This document shows positions 53,204 through 57,748 of a stretch of DNA of 57,748 nucleotides, in pieces; position 1 is the first letter of the stretch, and each line of letters opens with the position of its first letter. The notes beneath the pieces were generated by a model, which did not search any database, was not told the DNA's origin, and saw only the letters and a list, made by a program, of their open reading frames with translations. Source of the stretch: Chloroflexia bacterium (GTDB lineage Bacteria; Chloroflexota; Chloroflexia; QHBQ01; JADMIH01); contig DASVRN010000308.1 of assembly GCA_036388595.1 (NCBI GenBank), positions 1 to 57,748 of the forward strand, written 5' to 3'. A program made the translations under genes and the position numbers.

Positions 53204-54120
53204 GCCGTATGCCGTCGTTGCCACCACGCGTCACCGTGTATGAGGTCGGCCCCAGGGACGGGTTGCAGAACGAGAAGGCGCAAGTTGCTACCGCCGACAA
53301 GGTGCGGTATATCGACATGTTGAGCGCGGCGGGCTTCTCCTACATAGAGGCAACCTCCTTCGTCAGCCCCCGCGCGGTCCCACAGCTTGCTGACGCCGCA
53401 GAAGTTCTCGCCGGTATCAGACGCGGCTCCGGCGTCCGGTACCCGGTCCTCGTCCCAAATGAGAAAGGTATGCTGCGCGCGCTGGAAGCAGGGGTTACTG
53501 ACGTGGCTGTGTTCACCGCTGCATCGGAGAGCTTTACCAGGGCAAACATCAACGCCACGATTGCGGAGTCCATCGAGAACTTCCGCCCGGTCATGTCCCT
53601 TGCCACCCTCAACAATGTGCGAGTTCGGGGCTACGTCAGCACAGCCTTTGGCTGCCCGTATGAAGGCGCAGTCGCACCGGAGAGGGTGCGAGAGGTGGGG
53701 CTGGCGTTGCTGGACCTGGGGGTAGAGCAACTTTCCATAGGAGACACGATTGGGGTGGGCACTCCCAACCAGGTCTATGATGTTATGGGACTACTGCTGA
53801 ATGATATCCCTGCCGAGAAACTCGCCGTGCACTTCCACGACACGCGAGGCACGGCGCTCGCAAATGTACTTGCCGCCCTCGGATTGGGTATCACCACGGT
53901 AGACTCCTCTTCCGCCGGTCTGGGTGGCTGTCCGTACGCTCCCGGCGCGTCCGGCAACCTGGCAACTGAGGACTTGCTCTACATGTTGAATGGCCTGGGG
54001 ATTGAGACCGGGGTAGACCTTGAGAAGGTGGTGGAGGCCTCACGGTTCATCACGGGAGTGCTGAACAAGCCGCCCGCCAGCCGTTACGTACAGGCCCACC
54101 TGGCGCAGTGCGTGGCATGA
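53200..54120 (+). CDS. hydroxymethylglutaryl-CoA lyase
   Basis: VTVYEVGPRDGLQNE and GLGGCPYAPGASGN motifs. ATGA overlap with the preceding gene. Confidence 0.9.
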   Translation: MSRMPSLPPRVTVYEVGPRDGLQNEKAQVATADKVRYIDMLSAAGFSYIEATSFVSPRAVPQLADAAEVLAGIRRGSGVRYPVLVPNEKGMLRALEAGVTDVAVFTAASESFTRANINATIAESIENFRPVMSLATLNNVRVRGYVSTAFGCPYEGAVAPERVREVGLALLDLGVEQLSIGDTIGVGTPNQVYDVMGLLLNDIPAEKLAVHFHDTRGTALANVLAALGLGITTVDSSSAGLGGCPYAPGASGNLATEDLLYMLNGLGIETGVDLEKVVEASRFITGVLNKPPASRYVQAHLAQCVA

Positions 54121-54158
54121 TGCCAACTACCCCGATGTTACTTTGTTGGAGCCGTTGA

Positions 54159-55685
54159 GTGCGTAAGATCAGAAAGGTCTTAATAGCAAACCGGGGTGAG
54201 ATCGCCTTGCGCGTGGTCCGTGCCTGCGCTGAGGTCGGCATAGAATCGGTGGCCGTTTTCTCGGAAGCCGACCGCACCGCCCTTCACGTCCGCGCCGCCG
54301 ACGAAGCCTACCCTATAGGACCCGCGCCCTCCGTGGAATCCTATCTCAGGATTGACAAACTACTCGAGGTGGCGCGCAAGTCCGGGGCGGACGCCGTACA
54401 CCCCGGCTATGGCTTTCTTGCGGAAAACGCCAACTTCGCGCAGGCCGTAATGGACGAGGGGCTCACCTGGATAGGGCCTGAGCCACGGGCCATGAGGATG
54501 CTGGGTGACAAGCTGGAAGCGCGTAGGACCGCGCAGGCCGCGGGAGTGCCGACGGTGCCGGGCACCGACGTCGCGACGGACGACGTTGAGAGTGCTATCG
54601 CTGCGGCGCAACACATAGGCTACCCGGTGCTCATAAAGGCCTCGGCAGGCGGGGGGGGCAAGGGCATGCGTATAGTGCATAGCCCGGACGAGCTTGAGTC
54701 GGCCCTGAGGAGCGCGCAGAGCGAGGCCCGGTCCGCCTTCGGGTCCGGTACGGTCTACCTTGAGAAGTACCTGGAGTCGGTGCGCCACGTCGAGATACAG
54801 TTACTGGGTGACACCCACGGGAACGTCATCCACCTCGGCGAGCGGGAGTGTTCCGTACAGCGTCGCTACCAGAAGCTTATAGAAGAGTCGCCCTCGGTGG
54901 CAGTGGACGCCGACCTGCGGGAGCGGATGGGCGGCGTGGCGGTGGCGGCGGCGCGGGCGGTGAGCTACACGTCAGCGGGCACGGTGGAATTTCTGCTGGA
55001 CAAGTTCAAGAACTTCTACTTCCTTGAGGTAAACACCCGGCTCCAAGTCGAGCACCCGGTTACCGAACTGGTAACTGGAGTTGACCTCGTGCTTGAGCAG
55101 TTCCGCATCGCCTCGGGCCGTCCCCTCCGGTTGAAGCAGTCCGACATCCGGCTGAACGGGCACGCGATAGAATGCCGCATCGCCGCCGAAGACCCCTTCA
55201 ACAACTTCGCACCGTCCCTCGGCACCATTGCTGCCGTGTCCGAGCCGGGCGGGGCGGGCGTGCGTGTCGATAGCAGCATCTACGCAGGCGGCAAAGTACC
55301 GGTCTATTACGACCCCATGCTCGCCAAGCTAATCGTGTGGGCCCCCGGCCGCGCCCACGCCATCCTGAGGATGCGCAGGGCGTTGCGTGAGTACCGTATC
55401 GCGGGCATCCAGACGAATATTCCCTTCCACCTCCGCGTAATGCAATCCCTGGACTTCCAGCGCGGTCGCCTCGACACGAAGTTTGTGGACCGGCTCCTGG
55501 CAAACGCGGCCGGGGAGCCGCAGGAAGAGGATACCCGCCTGGAAGAGGTGGCTGCCATATCGGCGGCATTGGTGCTGGACCGCAAGCTGCTGGCTGGCTC
55601 GACCGCTACGAGCGGTCCCCCGGAACGCCAGACTCCAGGTCACAGTGCGTGGCGACTGGCCGGACGCAAGCAGGGGCTTCGATAG
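54159..55685 (+). CDS. accC: biotin carboxylase subunit (AccC-type, no fused biotinyl domain)
   Basis: KVLIANRGEIALRVVRA, GYPVLIKASAGGGGKGMR, EVNTRLQVEHPVTE. GTG start after GGAG. Confidence 0.9.
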   Translation: MRKIRKVLIANRGEIALRVVRACAEVGIESVAVFSEADRTALHVRAADEAYPIGPAPSVESYLRIDKLLEVARKSGADAVHPGYGFLAENANFAQAVMDEGLTWIGPEPRAMRMLGDKLEARRTAQAAGVPTVPGTDVATDDVESAIAAAQHIGYPVLIKASAGGGGKGMRIVHSPDELESALRSAQSEARSAFGSGTVYLEKYLESVRHVEIQLLGDTHGNVIHLGERECSVQRRYQKLIEESPSVAVDADLRERMGGVAVAAARAVSYTSAGTVEFLLDKFKNFYFLEVNTRLQVEHPVTELVTGVDLVLEQFRIASGRPLRLKQSDIRLNGHAIECRIAAEDPFNNFAPSLGTIAAVSEPGGAGVRVDSSIYAGGKVPVYYDPMLAKLIVWAPGRAHAILRMRRALREYRIAGIQTNIPFHLRVMQSLDFQRGRLDTKFVDRLLANAAGEPQEEDTRLEEVAAISAALVLDRKLLAGSTATSGPPERQTPGHSAWRLAGRKQGLR

Positions 55686-55688
55686 CTG

Positions 55689-56234
55689 ATGCCAAAGTAC
55701 TACGTCGAGCTGAATGACCGCGAGGTTGGATTCGAGATTACCCAGTCTGGTGGCGTAACACACCTGCGTCCGGCTCAAGAGGGCGACGCCGATGGTGAAA
55801 GCCAGGCCGCGGTGGACTTCGTGCCGGTCCAGTCGAACGTGGCAACCGGCGAGGGCTTGTACTCGCTGCTGGTGGATGGCAAGAGCTACCAGTTGTACGT
55901 CGAAAAGCGAGGCGAGCACTTCCGCGTGATGATCTGGCGGCACCGTTACGACGTCCGAGTGCATACCGAGCGCGAGTGGCGGCTATTGAAGATCGCCCCC
56001 AAGCAGGCTGCCCAGGGGGGTACCAGGGTCGTCGCGGCCCCAATGCCGGGGCTGGTGAAATCTGTGCTCGTAGAAGCCGGGGCTGAAGTCAAGGCGGGCA
56101 CGCGACTTGTAGTGCTTGAAGCTATGAAGATGGAGAACGATATTACCTCTCCCCGCGATGCTAAGGTGGCCCAGGTGCACGTACAGGCCGGAAACGTGGT
56201 CGAGGCCGACAGTCCATTGGTCACCCTGGAATAG
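55689..56234 (+). CDS. biotin carboxyl carrier / biotinyl-domain protein
   Basis: C-terminal APMPGLV...LEAMKMEN biotinyl-lysine motif. The N-terminal roughly 100 aa is unassigned. Confidence 0.85.
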   Translation: MPKYYVELNDREVGFEITQSGGVTHLRPAQEGDADGESQAAVDFVPVQSNVATGEGLYSLLVDGKSYQLYVEKRGEHFRVMIWRHRYDVRVHTEREWRLLKIAPKQAAQGGTRVVAAPMPGLVKSVLVEAGAEVKAGTRLVVLEAMKMENDITSPRDAKVAQVHVQAGNVVEADSPLVTLE

Positions 56235-56246
56235 GTAGGTCCGCTC

Positions 56247-57748
56247 ATGATAAAGCCCGGCGACAGGGCAAAGTGGGAAGACAAGGTACTGAAGCCCGCC
56301 CTAGAGCGCTTCCCGGAACGACAATCTGAGTTTCGGACGGCCTCAAACGTCCCGGTCGAGCGCCTCTACACACCGGAGCACGCGCCTCAAGATGAGTACG
56401 AGGGCGACCTGGGGTTCCCCGGACAATTCCCTTTTACCAGGGGCGTGCAGCCTACCATGTACCGGGGTAGGCTCTGGACTATGCGCCAGTACGCGGGCTT
56501 CGGTACCGCAGAAGAGTCGAACCGCCGCTATAAGTACCTGCTCGAACAGGGCCAGACCGGCCTTTCAGTGGCCTTCGACCTGCCGACGCAGATGGGCTAC
56601 GACAGCGACCACCCCCTGGCCGCGGGCGAGGTGGGCAAGGTCGGCGTGGCGATCTCCTCCATCCGGGACATGGAGCTACTCCTTGCTGACATCCCGCTGG
56701 ATAAGGTCAGCACCTCGATGACCATCAACGCGACGGCCTCTATTCTGCTGGCGTTTTACGTAGCGGTAGCCCGGAACAGGGGTATCTCAGACCGTGTCCT
56801 GAGCGGCACCGTCCAGAACGACGTGCTGAAGGAATACATCGCGCGAGGCACGTACATCTATCCGGCCGGGCCTTCCATGCGCATCGCCGGGGATATCATC
56901 GCATTTTGCGCCCAGGAATTACCGCAGTGGAACCCCATCTCCATAAGCGGCTACCACATACGAGAAGCCGGGTCCACCGGGGTACAGGAAGTGGCCTTCA
57001 CCCTCTCGAACGCGATAGCGTACGTGCAGGAGGTGTTAAGTCGAGGCATATCTGTGGACACGTTTGCGCCGCGGTTGGCCTTCTTCTTCAATGCTCACAG
57101 TGACTTTTTTGAAGAGGTCGCCAAGTACCGGGCCGCGCGCAGGCTATGGGCACGGATTATGCGAGACGAGTTCGGTGCGCAGAACCAACAGAGCATGATG
57201 TTGCGGTTTCACACCCAGACGGCGGGGTCGAGCCTCACAGCGCAGCAACCGGACAACAACGTCGTGCGAGTAGCGCTACAGGCCCTTTCGGCCGTGTTCG
57301 GGGGCACCCAGTCGTTGCACACCAATTCGCTGGACGAAGCCTTAGCACTGCCGACCGAACGTTCCGCACGCCTGGCACTGCGCACTCAGCAGATTATCGC
57401 GCACGAGACCGGGGTAACATCTACCATAGACCCACTTGGCGGCTCCTACTACGTGGAATGGCTTACCAACAAGGTCGAAGAGGGCGCGCGAGACTACCTG
57501 CGCCGCATCACGGAGCTAGGTGGGACGCTCCGGGCGATAGAGGAAGGCTTCCAGCAGTCGGAGATCCAGGAGGCCGCGTACCAGTGGCAGCACGAGGTGG
57601 ACAGCGGAGACCGGGTCATCGTTGGCGTCAACCGTTACACCTCCAATGATGCTGAGGGCACAGAGATCCACAGGGTAGACCCCACTTTGCAGGCGCGCCA
57701 GCTCGAGGGCCTGCACGCCCTGAGGGCGGAACGCGACAGCGCCGCGGG
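56247..57748 (+). CDS. methylmalonyl-CoA mutase-family catalytic (large) subunit; 3-prime end lies outside the window
   Basis: Absent from the ORF track because the frame never closes. ATG 56247 gives [11 protein letters not shown]...[65 protein letters not shown]. The frame stays open to 57748. Confidence 0.9.
   Translation, partial: MIKPGDRAKWEDKVLKPALERFPERQSEFRTASNVPVERLYTPEHAPQDEYEGDLGFPGQFPFTRGVQPTMYRGRLWTMRQYAGFGTAEESNRRYKYLLEQGQTGLSVAFDLPTQMGYDSDHPLAAGEVGKVGVAISSIRDMELLLADIPLDKVSTSMTINATASILLAFYVAVARNRGISDRVLSGTVQNDVLKEYIARGTYIYPAGPSMRIAGDIIAFCAQELPQWNPISISGYHIREAGSTGVQEVAFTLSNAIAYVQEVLSRGISVDTFAPRLAFFFNAHSDFFEEVAKYRAARRLWARIMRDEFGAQNQQSMMLRFHTQTAGSSLTAQQPDNNVVRVALQALSAVFGGTQSLHTNSLDEALALPTERSARLALRTQQIIAHETGVTSTIDPLGGSYYVEWLTNKVEEGARDYLRRITELGGTLRAIEEGFQQSEIQEAAYQWQHEVDSGDRVIVGVNRYTSNDAEGTEIHRVDPTLQARQLEGLHALRAERDSAA

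Noticed and set aside
56392-56721. Track ORF 56392..56721 (109 aa) and ORFs 56906..57103 and 57146..57649
   Set aside because: They are off-frame within the methylmalonyl-CoA mutase reading frame, which starts at 56247 and stays open to the window end.

Overview
High-GC bacterial chromosomal segment: hand-sampled 60-nt lines are mostly 60-72% GC. I support about 48 protein-coding genes and found no rRNA, tRNA or CRISPR array. Many other ORFs in the supplied track are antisense or off-frame shadow ORFs of the kind high-GC DNA produces. Gene content, left to right: beta-hydroxyacid dehydrogenase (partial), CinA, an SLH-anchored surface protein, an XRE-cupin regulator with an MBL hydrolase, a GltD-like Fe-S flavoprotein, a lipoprotein, a three-subunit xanthine-dehydrogenase-family molybdoenzyme, a NarL-type two-component system, plsY, an ABC-2 exporter, OsmC, CopC/CopD, two cupins, a run of small hydrophilic proteins, a tyrosine recombinase next to a low-GC insertion, GH1 beta-glucosidase, two methyltransferases, a giant SpoIID/PA14/dockerin/cohesin protein, a BNR protein, a CDF transporter, Wzm/Wzt, FNR-PepA, an amidase and an SLH ORF separated by one in-frame TAG, ferredoxin, a leucine-catabolism (liu-like) cluster, a second split biotin carboxylase, and a methylmalonyl-CoA mutase that runs off the window end and is missing from the ORF track. 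SLH domains and the repeat families hint at a Chloroflexota-like or similar lineage, but that is inference only. Most notable: (1) a low-GC insertion (about 26.9-28.8 kb) beside the integrase, carrying an orphan 382-aa tail-anchored glycine-zipper protein and an ORF-free tail with perfect palindromes; (2) inverted arrays of the heptamer GGACGAT, plus a second degenerate array; (3) a MITE-like palindromic element in two copies with a compensatory arm substitution; (4) TAG as the majority stop codon (26 of 48 by hand count); (5) the amidase/SLH split by a single in-frame TAG; (6) a CDF transporter with three tandem C-terminal domains. No function for the orphan protein can be established from sequence alone.
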